From contig CANJYB010000005.1 of assembly GCA_947479085.1 (NCBI GenBank), positions 131,135-195,134 on the forward strand: a DNA stretch of 64,000 nt. Reading direction: 5' to 3'. Below, in pieces: positions 12,227 to 22,658 of this stretch. The notes under the pieces were generated by a model, which worked only from the letters and a program-made list of their open reading frames with translations, did no database searches and was not told where the DNA came from. Within the stretch, counting starts at the first letter, position 1, and each line of letters begins with the position of its first letter. Made by a program: the position numbers and the translations under genes. The stretch is from Bacteroidota bacterium. Its GTDB lineage: Bacteria; Bacteroidota; Bacteroidia; 2-12-FULL-35-15.

Positions 12227-13384
12227 TTATTCAACCCACGATTTGTAATACTTCCCGTCATCTATCGCCATTGCATCTTCTGTAACCATTAATGGTCGGA
12301 AGGTATCTACCATAACCGCCAATTCCTGGGTTTCTGTTTGTCCTATGCTTCGCTCCATTGCTCCTGGTGCCGGTCCGTGCGGAATTCCTTTTGGATGTAA
12401 GGTTATATGCCCCTGTTCAATGTTGTTTCGGCTCATAAAATCACCGTCTACATAATACAATACTTCATCACTATCAATATTACTATGATTATAAGGAGCT
12501 GGAATTGATTTTGGATGATAATCGTATAAGCGAGGACAGAAGGAACAAACAACAAAAGTAGAAGTTTCAAAAGTTTGATGAACCGGAGGTGGCTGGTGTA
12601 CTCTGCCTGTAATAGGTTCAAAGTTATGAATGCTGAAACCAAAAGGGAAATTATATCCATCCCAACCTATAACATCAAAAGGATGAGTGGCATAAATCAT
12701 TTCGTGCATCATTCCTTCTTTTTTTATTTTAATAATAAAATCTCCTTTTTCATCATGGGTTTCCAGTTCCGTTGGCATAATAAAATCGCGCTCACAAAAA
12801 GGTGAATGCTCTAATAACTGACCGGATGAACTTTTATAACGCTTTGGTGTATAAAAAGGTGAATGAGATTCAACATAAAATATACGATTGTCGGTGGTGT
12901 CAAAATCTATTTGATAAATCATCCCTCTTGGAATGATAAGGTAATCGCCATATTGAAAAGGGATATTACCCATCATTGTGCGAAGAATTCCTGTTCCTCT
13001 ATGAATAAAAAGCATTTCGTCAGAGTCGGCATTTTTATAAAAATAAGTACGCAATGACTTTTGAGGAGCAGCCAGACCGATAATACAATCAGCATTTACA
13101 AGCATTGGTTTGCGGCTTTCCAGGAAATCTTCTGCAGGTTTAACCTGAAAACCTTTTAATAATAATGCTTTTATGTTTTTATCAATGGCAATTTTTGGAG
13201 CAACGCTGTAAGATTTTAAAATTTCTTTAACTTGGGTAGGGCGATGGACATGATATAGCAGAGAGGAATGCCCTGAAAAACCTTCCGTTCCGAAAAGTTG
13301 CTCGTAATACAAACCACCTTTCGGATTTTCAAATTGAGTATGACGTTTTTGAGGAAAATTTCCAAGTTTATGATAGATTGGCAT
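12227..13384 (-). CDS. hmgA: Homogentisate 1,2-dioxygenase
   Basis: 385 aa with cupin-fold motifs characteristic of HmgA. With hppD it forms the tyrosine degradation pathway. Confidence 0.9.
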   Translation of the reverse strand: MPIYHKLGNFPQKRHTQFENPKGGLYYEQLFGTEGFSGHSSLLYHVHRPTQVKEILKSYSVAPKIAIDKNIKALLLKGFQVKPAEDFLESRKPMLVNADCIIGLAAPQKSLRTYFYKNADSDEMLFIHRGTGILRTMMGNIPFQYGDYLIIPRGMIYQIDFDTTDNRIFYVESHSPFYTPKRYKSSSGQLLEHSPFCERDFIMPTELETHDEKGDFIIKIKKEGMMHEMIYATHPFDVIGWDGYNFPFGFSIHNFEPITGRVHQPPPVHQTFETSTFVVCSFCPRLYDYHPKSIPAPYNHSNIDSDEVLYYVDGDFMSRNNIEQGHITLHPKGIPHGPAPGAMERSIGQTETQELAVMVDTFRPLMVTEDAMAIDDGKYYKSWVE

Positions 13385-13487
13385 TAGCTGTTATTAAATT
13401 TTCAACAAAAGTAAACTTTCTTCTTAGAATTTGAAAGTAAAATATATTCTATATAAATCAGTTTGTATTTTATTGTAATATTGCAAC

Positions 13488-14258
13488 ATGATTTTAACAG
13501 ATACGCATACCCATCTTTATTCGAAAGAATTTGATGCTGACAGGACAGATTTAATCGAAAAGGCCATAAAAAGCGGAATAACGCGGTTCTTTCTGCCGAA
13601 TGTTGACAGCGAATCAATTCCAGGTATGTTTCAGGTAGAAAAGCAATTCCCAACCAATTGTTTTGCCATGATAGGTTTGCATCCCTGTTCTGTAAATCCC
13701 CGTTATCAGCAGGAGCTCCAGATAATGGAACATTGGCTTAGCAGGAGGAAATTTGTAGCCATCGGAGAAATAGGAATTGATTTATATTGGGATAAAACAT
13801 TTTTCCCTCAGCAACAGGATGCTTTCAGGAAACAAATTGAATTATCGCAAAAGCATGGCTTGCCTTACGTGATTCATTCAAGAAACTCATTTGATGAGGT
13901 TATGGAAATAATCAGGGAGTATTCCAATGATTTCACAAAAGCTATTTTTCATTGTTTTAGTGGCAATGTGGAACAGGCCCAGGAGGTAATAAAAATGGGT
14001 AATTTTAAATTAGGAATAGGGGGAGTAGTAACCTTTAAAAATTCGGGATTGGATAAAGTGGTTGAAGCGATTGATTTAAAACATTTGGTGTTGGAGACGG
14101 ATGCTCCATACCTTGCACCCGTTCCTTATCGTGGCAAAAGGAATGAGCCGGACTATTTACTTTTAATTGCTAAAAAAATTGCAGAGATTAAAAATATAAG
14201 CGTAGAAGAGGTGGCTGCTGTTACCACAAAAAATTCCATCGATATCTTTGGAGTATAA
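13488..14258 (+). CDS. tatD: TatD-family metal-dependent hydrolase/DNase
   Basis: N-terminal DTHTHL, plus conserved HSR and LETDAPYL motifs. Confidence 0.85.
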   Translation: MILTDTHTHLYSKEFDADRTDLIEKAIKSGITRFFLPNVDSESIPGMFQVEKQFPTNCFAMIGLHPCSVNPRYQQELQIMEHWLSRRKFVAIGEIGIDLYWDKTFFPQQQDAFRKQIELSQKHGLPYVIHSRNSFDEVMEIIREYSNDFTKAIFHCFSGNVEQAQEVIKMGNFKLGIGGVVTFKNSGLDKVVEAIDLKHLVLETDAPYLAPVPYRGKRNEPDYLLLIAKKIAEIKNISVEEVAAVTTKNSIDIFGV

Positions 14259-14276
14259 TTCGCAATTCCATTAACA

Positions 14277-15299
14277 ATGAAAAGTAAAGTTCTTTTGATA
14301 TATACTGGTGGAACCATTGGAATGATGGCGGACGCCAAATCCGGTCAATTAAAACCATTTGATTTTAAGCACCTCACCGAGCAAATTCCCGAGTTAAATA
14401 AATTCGATATTGAATTGTCTTCGGTGTCATTTGAAAAACCAATAGACTCAAGTGATATGCAGCCTTCTGTATGGGTTGAGCTGGCCAAAGTAATTGAAAG
14501 AAATTATAATAAGGTGGACGGTTTTGTCATTCTGCATGGAAGCGATACCATGTCATTTACAGCATCGGTACTGAGTTTTATGCTGGAAAACCTTAACAAA
14601 CCGGTTATCCTTACAGGTTCTCAATTACCTATTGGTACCATACGAACAGATGGGAAGGAAAATTTGATTACTGCTATTGAAATAGCCGGAGCAAAGGAAA
14701 AAGGGAAGGCTATTATAACAGAAGTCTGTATATATTTTGAATATAAACTATACAGAGGGAACAGAACACATAAATTTAATGCAGAACATTTTAATGCTTT
14801 TCAATCGGCTAATTATCCTGTTTTGGCTGAAGCAGGAGTATATATAAAGTATAATTATTCGGCATTAAGAAAGGGGGATACTAAAAAACTAAAAACTCAT
14901 TTAGTTTTACATCCTGAAATTGCAATTTTAAAATTATTTCCGGGGATTACTAAAAAAGTAGTAACCGCAATTTTAAATACAAAGGATGTGAAGGGGGTAA
15001 TTTTGGAAACATTTGGTTCCGGGAATGCAAGTACTGAAGGTTGGTTTATTAATGAAATAAAAGGTGCAATTGAAAAGGGAATTATTGTTTTAAATGTTAC
15101 TCAATGCAATGCAGGTGCTGTTGTACAGGGCAAATATGCAACTAGTTCAGAACTTAAGAAAATTGGAGTAATAAGTGGAAACGATATTACCACTGAGGCT
15201 GCAATCACCAAACTTATGTTTCTTTTTGGTAATTCAAACAATACAAAAGCAATTGAAAAAGGACTTCGAACTGATTTAAGAGGAGAGATTACTGTGTAA
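14277..15299 (+). CDS. ansA: L-asparaginase type I
   Basis: The N-terminal YTGGTIGM threonine motif and HGSDTM / ILTGSQLP motifs. Confidence 0.85.
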   Translation: MKSKVLLIYTGGTIGMMADAKSGQLKPFDFKHLTEQIPELNKFDIELSSVSFEKPIDSSDMQPSVWVELAKVIERNYNKVDGFVILHGSDTMSFTASVLSFMLENLNKPVILTGSQLPIGTIRTDGKENLITAIEIAGAKEKGKAIITEVCIYFEYKLYRGNRTHKFNAEHFNAFQSANYPVLAEAGVYIKYNYSALRKGDTKKLKTHLVLHPEIAILKLFPGITKKVVTAILNTKDVKGVILETFGSGNASTEGWFINEIKGAIEKGIIVLNVTQCNAGAVVQGKYATSSELKKIGVISGNDITTEAAITKLMFLFGNSNNTKAIEKGLRTDLRGEITV

Positions 15300-15372
15300 C
15301 CCACCTTTCAACAATAACGTGTTGATAATAATACCCGCTTCTTAACTTTTTCAAGCTCTGAAAGAATTAGTT

Positions 15373-15666
15373 TTGTGCAAAGATCCATTCATAATGAACA
15401 AACGAACAGACCTATTAAATAAGTATAATGCAAAAACGGAAATTGGAGGAGCTCCAAGTATTAACGATTTGCGTGAAAGTGAGTTTAGTAATGAACCTCT
15501 AACAGCAAAAGAAAAACAGGCATTGGTTAATTTTGATCGTTACAGAATTAATGAACTTAATTCACAACCGGATGATATGGCATTTCACAAACGTTACAGG
15601 GAACTTCAGGTAATGGCCAATATGTATGATTACGAGGAGTTTTTAAAAGAAAAGTACTTTATTTAA
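15373..15666 (+). CDS. Hypothetical protein. The start may be the internal MNKRTD.
   Basis: Only an ORF followed by a good terminator. No motif recognised. Confidence 0.4.
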   Translation: MCKDPFIMNKRTDLLNKYNAKTEIGGAPSINDLRESEFSNEPLTAKEKQALVNFDRYRINELNSQPDDMAFHKRYRELQVMANMYDYEEFLKEKYFI

Positions 15667-15687
15667 TATACCAACTTCCATTTTCAG

Positions 15688-15718
15688 AAAGCCACTCCCA
15701 AGAGAGTGGCTTTTTTAT
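15688..15718 (+). terminator. Rho-independent terminator
   Basis: gccactccc / gggagtggc hairpin followed by TTTTTT. Confidence 0.6.
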
Positions 15719-15855
15719 TTCCATAATTTCTTTAATTATTCCAAGCTTTATTGTAATTTAGCATCTGCAAAAATATACTTTGGAGGCAACCATTTTAAAA
15801 TCTTACGTCTTATATATAGGAGATTTAATGTTTGTGGCTATATAAGTGCTGCATA

Positions 15856-16419
15856 ATGAATGAAACTGAAATTATTAAAGGCTGTATAAAGAATGACAGG
15901 GCTTGCCAAAAGGTGCTTTATGATTACTTTTTCAGCGAGATGTTAGGGGTGTGTTTGAGGTACTCTAATAATGAAGAGGTGGCAATGGACATACTTCATG
16001 AGGGGTTTCTGAAGATTTTTCTTAACATAAAGAACTTTAATAATTCAGGGACTTTTGAAGGATGGGTAAGAAGAATAATGGTAAATACCTGCATTGATAG
16101 CTTAAGGAAAGGAAAACAGAATTATCAGATAGTAAGTACGGTATATGCTAATGAAACAATCCCGGATGTACCTGAAGAATTAGAAGATGAAGAGATTCTG
16201 ATTCATATTGAAAAGGAGGAAATTTTGAAAGCCGTTCAGAAACTAACACCGGCATACCGGACTATATTTAATTTATATGTAGTAGAAGAGTATTCGCATA
16301 AGCAAATTGCAGATATGCTGGAAATTAGTGAAGGGACATCGAAATCCAATTTATCAAAAGCGAAATTTAATTTAAGAAAAAATTTAATACACCTAATAAA
16401 GACGCCAGATGGAAAATAA
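15856..16419 (+). CDS. ECF-type RNA polymerase sigma-70 factor
   Basis: Sigma-70 region 2 and region 4 patterns (YDYFFSEMLGVCLRY..., HKQIADMLEISEGTSKSNL). The start was placed at MNETEII rather than the track ATG at 15832. Confidence 0.8.
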   Translation: MNETEIIKGCIKNDRACQKVLYDYFFSEMLGVCLRYSNNEEVAMDILHEGFLKIFLNIKNFNNSGTFEGWVRRIMVNTCIDSLRKGKQNYQIVSTVYANETIPDVPEELEDEEILIHIEKEEILKAVQKLTPAYRTIFNLYVVEEYSHKQIADMLEISEGTSKSNLSKAKFNLRKNLIHLIKTPDGK

Positions 16420-17107
16420 TTTACACAACAAACTTGACGAACAAATAAAAGAATCGTTAAGTAAATATCTGGCATCCAAAGAAGCCTCTAACTGGACGCG
16501 CATGGAAAGCATGCTGGATGCTGCTCCTAAAGTAAATAGTTTCAGGTGGTCAAATGTACTTAATGGAGTTATCGGGTTAGCAATTTTAGGCGGGGGCTAT
16601 TTATTATACACTAACTTAATTAAATCCAAACCGGAGGAAAAAACAGAACTTGCCGCACCAAACTTAAAAACTGAAACCCCTCCGGAAAAACCGGTCATTT
16701 CAACTCCTGTTCAACAGGCAGCTTCAGAAGACAATAAAATTGTTGATAACGCCAAACAAGAAGTTTTAGTGAAAAAGGACCTTTCATTAGTAAAAGAAAG
16801 ATCATTGAACGAAAAGCAAAAGGATAAAGTAATTACAGGTGAAACCAAGGTTACCGAAAAAGAAAATAATCTTGAAGGTACTAAACAGCAACAGATTTTT
16901 GTAATGGGTAATCAACCGGTATTTGGAGATATGCTTGATTCAGCCAAAGGTATAGTGGGTGAAACAAAGGAAAAGGAAGAAACAAAAAAGGCTGCCTTAA
17001 TCCATTCCGATAAGCCTATCGGTTGGAATAAAATTATCAATACAGATTCAGCAAAAAAGAATAAAACAGAAACAAAAGATTCATTGAAACAATATCAGAA
17101 AAAATAA
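16409..17107 (+). CDS. Putative anti-sigma factor: single TM helix with a Lys/Glu-rich periplasmic tail
   Basis: Its start overlaps the sigma-factor stop. The central hydrophobic segment is VIGLAILGGGYLLY, followed by a low-complexity C-terminus. Confidence 0.5.
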   Translation: MENNLHNKLDEQIKESLSKYLASKEASNWTRMESMLDAAPKVNSFRWSNVLNGVIGLAILGGGYLLYTNLIKSKPEEKTELAAPNLKTETPPEKPVISTPVQQAASEDNKIVDNAKQEVLVKKDLSLVKERSLNEKQKDKVITGETKVTEKENNLEGTKQQQIFVMGNQPVFGDMLDSAKGIVGETKEKEETKKAALIHSDKPIGWNKIINTDSAKKNKTETKDSLKQYQKK

Positions 17108-17127
17108 AAAACTAACCCAAAAGAGTG

Positions 17128-17158
17128 CCGGCCTCCCGATTTTTCGGGGGGCTTTTTT
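17128..17158 (+). terminator. Rho-independent terminator
   Basis: cctcccga / tcgggggg hairpin followed by a T-run. Confidence 0.55.
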
Positions 17159-17226
17159 ATTCAGCAGAGGCAACCGTTTCACATTTTTACGTCTTATAAG
17201 TAGAGATAAACTTATAAACTGAAATC

Positions 17227-18180
17227 ATGAAAAAATGTTATATACCATTAATGGCAATATCCTTTGTCCTTATTTTTAAAACAACCAATGCACAAGATCC
17301 TCAATTTACACAGTTTTACGCCAACCCTTTATATTTGAATCCTGCTTTGGCTGGTTCTAACATTTGCCCAAGGGTATGTATTAATTACCGTAACCAGTGG
17401 CCAGGCATCAGCGCTACTTATGTTACCACCAGTGCTTCCATAGATAAGTTTATTTACAAAATTAAGGGAGGACTGGGGTTGCTTGTTACCAATGACAGGG
17501 CTGGTCAGGGCACCATTAATTCTTCTACAGTTAGTGCCATGTACGCCTATCAATTAAAGATAAGAAGAAACTTTACCATGAATTTTGGACTGGAAGCAAC
17601 TTATGCTCAAAAAGTGCTGGACTGGAATAAATTAACCTTTGGTGATATGATTGATAATAAACATGGATTTGTTTATAATACCAGTGAAGTGCCAAAGGCA
17701 TTAAAAAGAGAGTATGCCGACTTTGATGCAGGGGTCATGGCTTTTACTAAAAAGTTCTTTGTTGGTTTTGCTGCCCATCATTTAACGCAACCCAACGAAG
17801 GGTTTATTAGCGAAAGCAGATTACCTCTTAAAATTACTGCACATGCCGGTGCAGTATTCCCTTTAAAGGGTGCAAAAGGAAATGTTTCTATCTCTCCTAA
17901 TATTTTATACCAACGTCAAGGTAATTTCCAACAATTTGATATTGGGTTTTATGTAAGAAAAAGTGCCATTGTGGGCGGTTTGTGGTACAGAAGTAACGAT
18001 TCCTTTATTGCTTTGATAGGTTTGCTAACCGGCATGTTTAAGTGCGGATATAGTTATGACATAACCATATCCAAATTAACCAATGCAACTGCCGGTGCTC
18101 ACGAATTTTCGGTGGGGCTAATGTTTAAATGCAAGAAACCAAGGATAAAATTCCGACCGGACATCTGCCCTGTTTTTTAG
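17227..18180 (+). CDS. T9SS membrane protein of the PorP/SprF family
   Basis: Signal peptide followed by the hallmark N-terminal motif DPQFTQFYANPLYLNPALAG. The length of 317 aa is typical of the family. Confidence 0.8.
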   Translation: MKKCYIPLMAISFVLIFKTTNAQDPQFTQFYANPLYLNPALAGSNICPRVCINYRNQWPGISATYVTTSASIDKFIYKIKGGLGLLVTNDRAGQGTINSSTVSAMYAYQLKIRRNFTMNFGLEATYAQKVLDWNKLTFGDMIDNKHGFVYNTSEVPKALKREYADFDAGVMAFTKKFFVGFAAHHLTQPNEGFISESRLPLKITAHAGAVFPLKGAKGNVSISPNILYQRQGNFQQFDIGFYVRKSAIVGGLWYRSNDSFIALIGLLTGMFKCGYSYDITISKLTNATAGAHEFSVGLMFKCKKPRIKFRPDICPVF

Positions 18181-18423
18181 GTATCGCATGATTTTACTTT
18201 TTATTTTCAATCCGTTCCAGAATCTGCATAATTAGTTTATTCTTTTTTTCTAGATGCATCAAAATGGCCTCAATTCGCGTTTCAGCTTTGGTATTCACAT
18301 CAAAATCTGCTTATTTTTATTTCTTCTAACGATTTGGGATGATGTTTTTCGATAATTTAAGGGTATCTTTTATTAAATAATCATGAAAGGTAAGACTTAA
18401 AATCAAAGTATTAAAAAGAGAAT

Positions 18424-18457
18424 TTTGGTAAATATTAATTGTTTTATTCTATATTTG
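18424..18457 (+). promoter_or_regulatory. Bacteroidota sigma-A promoter: TTTG (-33) ... TATATTTG (-7)
   Basis: TTTG at 18424 and TAnnTTTG at 18450-18457. The 17-mer ctatatttgcaccccaa is identical to the one upstream of hup at 54713. Confidence 0.4.
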
Positions 18458-18578
18458 CACCCCAATTTGAAAAAATTGGAAAAATGTGAGGTGGATGAAC
18501 AAAGAATTAGTTACGACTAACTGATTCTGAGTGTAGCCAAATCACTGGATTTTAATAAAACAATTTAACTTAAAAATT

Positions 18579-21500
18579 ATGCAAAACAAAGGCGCTATCA
18601 GGCTGTTTGCCATTTTACTGACTATAGCTTGTGCTTATTACTTAATGTTTACTTATGTTGCCAATAACATAGTAAAAGATGCGGACGTTTACGCTTCCGA
18701 TTACGTCAATCAATCCAAGGTTCAGGATGCAGCTGCAAAAGCTTCAACCAATCCTGCGGAAAAAAACACTTGGTTGGATTCTGTTCTTAATTACAGAAAG
18801 AATTTTTACCTGGATTCTTTAAAAAAGAAAGTAGTTTATAATTTGTTTATTACAGATTATACCTATGATGATGTAAAAAAACGTCAGTTAAATCTTGGAC
18901 TGGATTTGAAAGGTGGTATGAACGTAACACTTGAAGTTTCGGTTGGCGAAATTATCCGTGGTCTTTCTAACAACAGTAATGATCCTACGTTTATCCAGGC
19001 TATTGTAAAGGCAAATGAAGCAATTAAAACTTCTACCAAAGATTATGTAACCATTTTCGGAGAAGAGTTTCATAAAATTAATCCCAATGCAAAACTGGCT
19101 ATTAACTTTTTAACCATTGAGTTGAAAGGGAAAATAGAAATGAATACTTCTGACGAAGAGGTGTTAAAGTTTATACGCGAAAGAGTTGAGGATGCTATTT
19201 CAACTTCTGAAAATACGTTACGTGCCCGTATCGATAAGTTTGGAGTTACTCAACCGAATATACAGCGTTTGGCTTCTTCCGGTCGTATATTAATAGAGTT
19301 GCCGGGGGTAACGGATAAAAACCGTATCCGTAAACTATTACAAGGAACTGCTAACCTTGAATTCTGGGAAACATACGATAACAAGGAAATCTATCCTATA
19401 TTAGAAAAAGCAAATACCCGTTTGAAAGAAATTTTAACTCCTAATGATACAGCTGCAAAAATTGATACTGCACTTGTTAAAACGGATGATAAAAAAGAGG
19501 AAAAGAAAAAGGAAAACGTATCAGATGCAGCAAAAACAAAAGGAGATTCTGCTTCTTTATCAAAACAATTAAATTTAGGAAAAAACGATACTGCTAAAAA
19601 AGCAGGTATGACTCATAATGATTCTATTTCAAAGTTAAGAAAAGAAAATCCATTATTTGCTGTTTTATCTCCTTATACAGGGCGTAATGCACAAGGTCAG
19701 CAGGAATTAGGTCAGGGACCAATCATCGGGTATTGTGCTATTAAAGATACAGGGTTGGTAAACGAGTACTTACGTATGAGTAAAATCAAGGCTTTATTCC
19801 CTAACATCAAATTTTTCTGGACATTTAAGGCAGTTGACAAAGAAGAAACTACACTTCAGTTAATCGCTATCCACGTAACACGTAAAGATGGAAAATCTCC
19901 TTTATATGGTGATATCATTACCGATGCACGTGTGGTTTACGAACAACAAGGTGGAGGAACTCCTCAGATTTCTATGAACATGACTTCTGATGCTTCATTG
20001 GTTTGGAAACATTTAACTAAAGAAAACATTGGTAAATCCATTGCTATCGTGTTAGACAACAGTGTGTATTCATTCCCAACCGTTCAAAATGAAATTTCTG
20101 GAGGAAGTTCTTCCATCACCGGAAACTTTACCCAGGATGAGGCGAAAGATTTGGTAAACATTTTGAAAGCCGGTAAATTACCTGCTCCTGCACGTATTGT
20201 TCAGGAAGTGGTAGTTGGAGCTACATTAGGTGCAGAAGCTGTTCACAAAGGATTATTCTCTACCGTTATCGCTTTAATATTGGTGCTTTTATTTATGGGC
20301 TTCTATTATAACAAAGCAGGTTGGGTTGCAGATTTCGCGATGATTATAAATAACTTCTTTGTTATCGGTATTCTCGCCTCGTTCAGTGCGGTGTTAACAT
20401 TACCGGGTATTGCTGGTATCGTGTTAACCATAGCGATGTCCGTTGATGCGAACATCCTTATCTTTGAACGTGTCAGGGAAGAGCTTGCACTAGGCAAAGC
20501 AACAGGGCTTGCCATTAAGGAAGGTTATCGAAATGCGATGTCTTCTGTAATTGACTCTCACGTTACCGGTTTATTATTAGGTATTATATTATATGTATTT
20601 GGTACTGGTCCTATCCAGGGATTTGCTACTACCTTAATTATAGGTATCGTTTCTTCTTTATTCTGTGCGATTTTTATCACTCGTTTAATTTTCGATCGTT
20701 GGTTAAGTAAAAACAAAACCATTTCTTTTGATAATAAATTTACTGCAGGTGCTTTCAAAAAAATCAATATCAACTTTGTTGGAAAACGTAAGTTATATTA
20801 CATCTTCTCCAGTGCAGTTATCATTTGTGGTATTGTAGCTTATTTTGCTAAAGGAGGATTTACATTAGGTGTCGATTTCAAAGGAGGTCGTTCGTATGTA
20901 GTTCGTTTTGATAATGTAGAATCTACTGATGCTGTTCGTGATGCATTAACAGTAACTTTTGGTGAAGCACCCGAAGTAAAAACATACGGAGAGAATGCCC
21001 AGTTGCGCATTACCACAACCTATTTAATTGGTAATAGCGATGAAGATTCAGAACAAAAAGTGGAAGCAAAACTGGATGAAGGATTAAAAACACTTCACAG
21101 TGGTTACAAAGTAGTAAGTTCTCAAAAGGTGGGAGAAACGGTTTCGCGTGATATTAAGTCAAAAGCTATATGGGCAGTATTGTTGTCCTGTTTAGTGATG
21201 TTTATGTTCATCTTTATCCGGTTCAAGAAATGGCAATATGGTTTGGGTGCGGTGGTCGCATTGTTCCATGACGTGTTGATGGTTCTTTCGGTATTCGTTA
21301 TTTTCGATGGTATTTTGCCTTTCTCATTAGAGATTACCCAGGATTTCATTGCGGCTATCTTAACGGTAATGAGTTATTCCATGACCGATACCGTGGTTGT
21401 GTTCGACAGAATTCGTGAATACTTAACCGAAAAAGGCAAATCTGATTTGCATAAAAACGAAAGAGTTCAGATTATCAATTATGCATTGAACAGTACATTA

Positions 21501-21710
21501 AGCCGTACTATCAATACTTCATTGACCATCTTCTTTGTATTGTTAGCCATCTTTATTTTCGGTGGTGAAACCATCCGTGGATTCTCTTTCGCATTGTTAA
21601 TTGGTATTGTTATCGGTACTTATTCTTCTATCTGTATTGCAACTCCAATCGTAATCGATTTCGAAAAAGAAAAAGAAGACGAAGTGAAAGCTGTGGGAGA
21701 AATGGTTTAA
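18579..21710 (+). CDS. secDF: Protein translocase subunit SecDF (fused)
   Basis: 1043 aa with two 6-TM halves and the SecD periplasmic motif LEFWETYDN. The fusion is typical of Bacteroidota. Confidence 0.9.
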   Translation: MQNKGAIRLFAILLTIACAYYLMFTYVANNIVKDADVYASDYVNQSKVQDAAAKASTNPAEKNTWLDSVLNYRKNFYLDSLKKKVVYNLFITDYTYDDVKKRQLNLGLDLKGGMNVTLEVSVGEIIRGLSNNSNDPTFIQAIVKANEAIKTSTKDYVTIFGEEFHKINPNAKLAINFLTIELKGKIEMNTSDEEVLKFIRERVEDAISTSENTLRARIDKFGVTQPNIQRLASSGRILIELPGVTDKNRIRKLLQGTANLEFWETYDNKEIYPILEKANTRLKEILTPNDTAAKIDTALVKTDDKKEEKKKENVSDAAKTKGDSASLSKQLNLGKNDTAKKAGMTHNDSISKLRKENPLFAVLSPYTGRNAQGQQELGQGPIIGYCAIKDTGLVNEYLRMSKIKALFPNIKFFWTFKAVDKEETTLQLIAIHVTRKDGKSPLYGDIITDARVVYEQQGGGTPQISMNMTSDASLVWKHLTKENIGKSIAIVLDNSVYSFPTVQNEISGGSSSITGNFTQDEAKDLVNILKAGKLPAPARIVQEVVVGATLGAEAVHKGLFSTVIALILVLLFMGFYYNKAGWVADFAMIINNFFVIGILASFSAVLTLPGIAGIVLTIAMSVDANILIFERVREELALGKATGLAIKEGYRNAMSSVIDSHVTGLLLGIILYVFGTGPIQGFATTLIIGIVSSLFCAIFITRLIFDRWLSKNKTISFDNKFTAGAFKKININFVGKRKLYYIFSSAVIICGIVAYFAKGGFTLGVDFKGGRSYVVRFDNVESTDAVRDALTVTFGEAPEVKTYGENAQLRITTTYLIGNSDEDSEQKVEAKLDEGLKTLHSGYKVVSSQKVGETVSRDIKSKAIWAVLLSCLVMFMFIFIRFKKWQYGLGAVVALFHDVLMVLSVFVIFDGILPFSLEITQDFIAAILTVMSYSMTDTVVVFDRIREYLTEKGKSDLHKNERVQIINYALNSTLSRTINTSLTIFFVLLAIFIFGGETIRGFSFALLIGIVIGTYSSICIATPIVIDFEKEKEDEVKAVGEMV

Positions 21711-21742
21711 TCGATGTTGGATATTAGACATTAGATATTAAA

Positions 21743-21782
21743 AACAAAGCCCGATAAATTTATTATCGGGCTTTGTTTTTTA
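21743..21782 (+). terminator. Rho-independent terminator
   Basis: aaagcccgataa / ttatcgggcttt stem followed by a T-run. Confidence 0.6.
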
Positions 21783-21823
21783 AGTACTTTTGTACCCAAC
21801 ATCCAATATCTAACATCTGAAAA

Positions 21824-22144
21824 ATGCTATTATTCTTAAATCTTGGTGGTGGCGAAGTATTCATAGTGGTACTGGTTGTCATTTTGTTTTTCGGTTCCGA
21901 TAAATTGCCCGAAATAGCAAAAGGACTGGGAAAGGGCATTCGCCAGATAAATGACGCAAAGGACCAGATTCAAAACGAAATTCAAAAGTCCACTTCCGCA
22001 TTCCAGGAAGAGCTTAACAAACATACCTCCGAAATTCGCACCGAAATAAACGAAGCTGGACAAAGCATGAAGCGGCAGATAGATGAAGCTGCAACTGCGA
22101 TAAAAGAGGAAGGAAAGGTAATTACCGACACCACAAAGGAGTAA
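21824..22144 (+). CDS. tatA: Twin-arginine translocase TatA/E
   Basis: N-terminal TM helix followed by FGSDKLPEIAKGLGKGIRQ and an amphipathic helix. Confidence 0.75.
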   Translation: MLLFLNLGGGEVFIVVLVVILFFGSDKLPEIAKGLGKGIRQINDAKDQIQNEIQKSTSAFQEELNKHTSEIRTEINEAGQSMKRQIDEAATAIKEEGKVITDTTKE

Positions 22145-22293
22145 ATTTTATGCTTTTTTCCTAAATTGTCTTTTTAAAGCCACCCTGTTTTCCAAATTCC
22201 TCCTGAAACCACCCAAATTCAACTTTTAGAATTTTATTGATTAATTTGCCCTTATATTACAGCCAGTGTTGGTATAATGATTTTAAGATTAAT

Positions 22294-22401
22294 ATTTCGA
22301 AAAATCGTGAAAAAATTGAAATTCGTTCATATACTTATATAAGCCACCTCCGGAAAGTCGGAGGTATGTCATATACTTATATGAGCCCATTTCGAAAAAT
22401 C
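22294..22401. repeat. Nested direct repeats (tttcgaaaaatcg x2, tcatatacttatat x2) around a cctccg/cggagg hairpin
   Basis: Direct reading of the sequence. Confidence 0.4.
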
Positions 22402-22605
22402 GCAGTTTTTCCAAATTTCCGTTTCTTTGAGTATTCTCACCAATAATGGCAAAACAAGTCGAAAAACTTAATACCCGAACTTTTGGTTGTAAAGTTCCAC
22501 CATCATTTAAAGAATGGGAATAGCTATTTTGCTTAATTTTTTCATCGAGAGGTAATTAGAACAAAAGTAGAAATTATTTGGAATGAGGAGAGAATGGTAA
22601 AGGAA

Positions 22606-22640
22606 AAAACAAAAGCCCCGCAATTGCGAGGCTTTTTAAC
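22606..22640 (-). terminator. Terminator downstream of nrdA
   Basis: gccccgcaa / ttgcgaggc hairpin. On the minus strand it is followed by a T-run. Confidence 0.55.
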
Positions 22641-22658
22641 TTTTATTCTTGTTAGTTA

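Noticed and set aside
22456-22533. 25-aa ORF MAKQVEKLNTRTFGCKVPPSFKEWE downstream of tatA
   Set aside because: No recognisable motif or conservation evidence, and too short to support.
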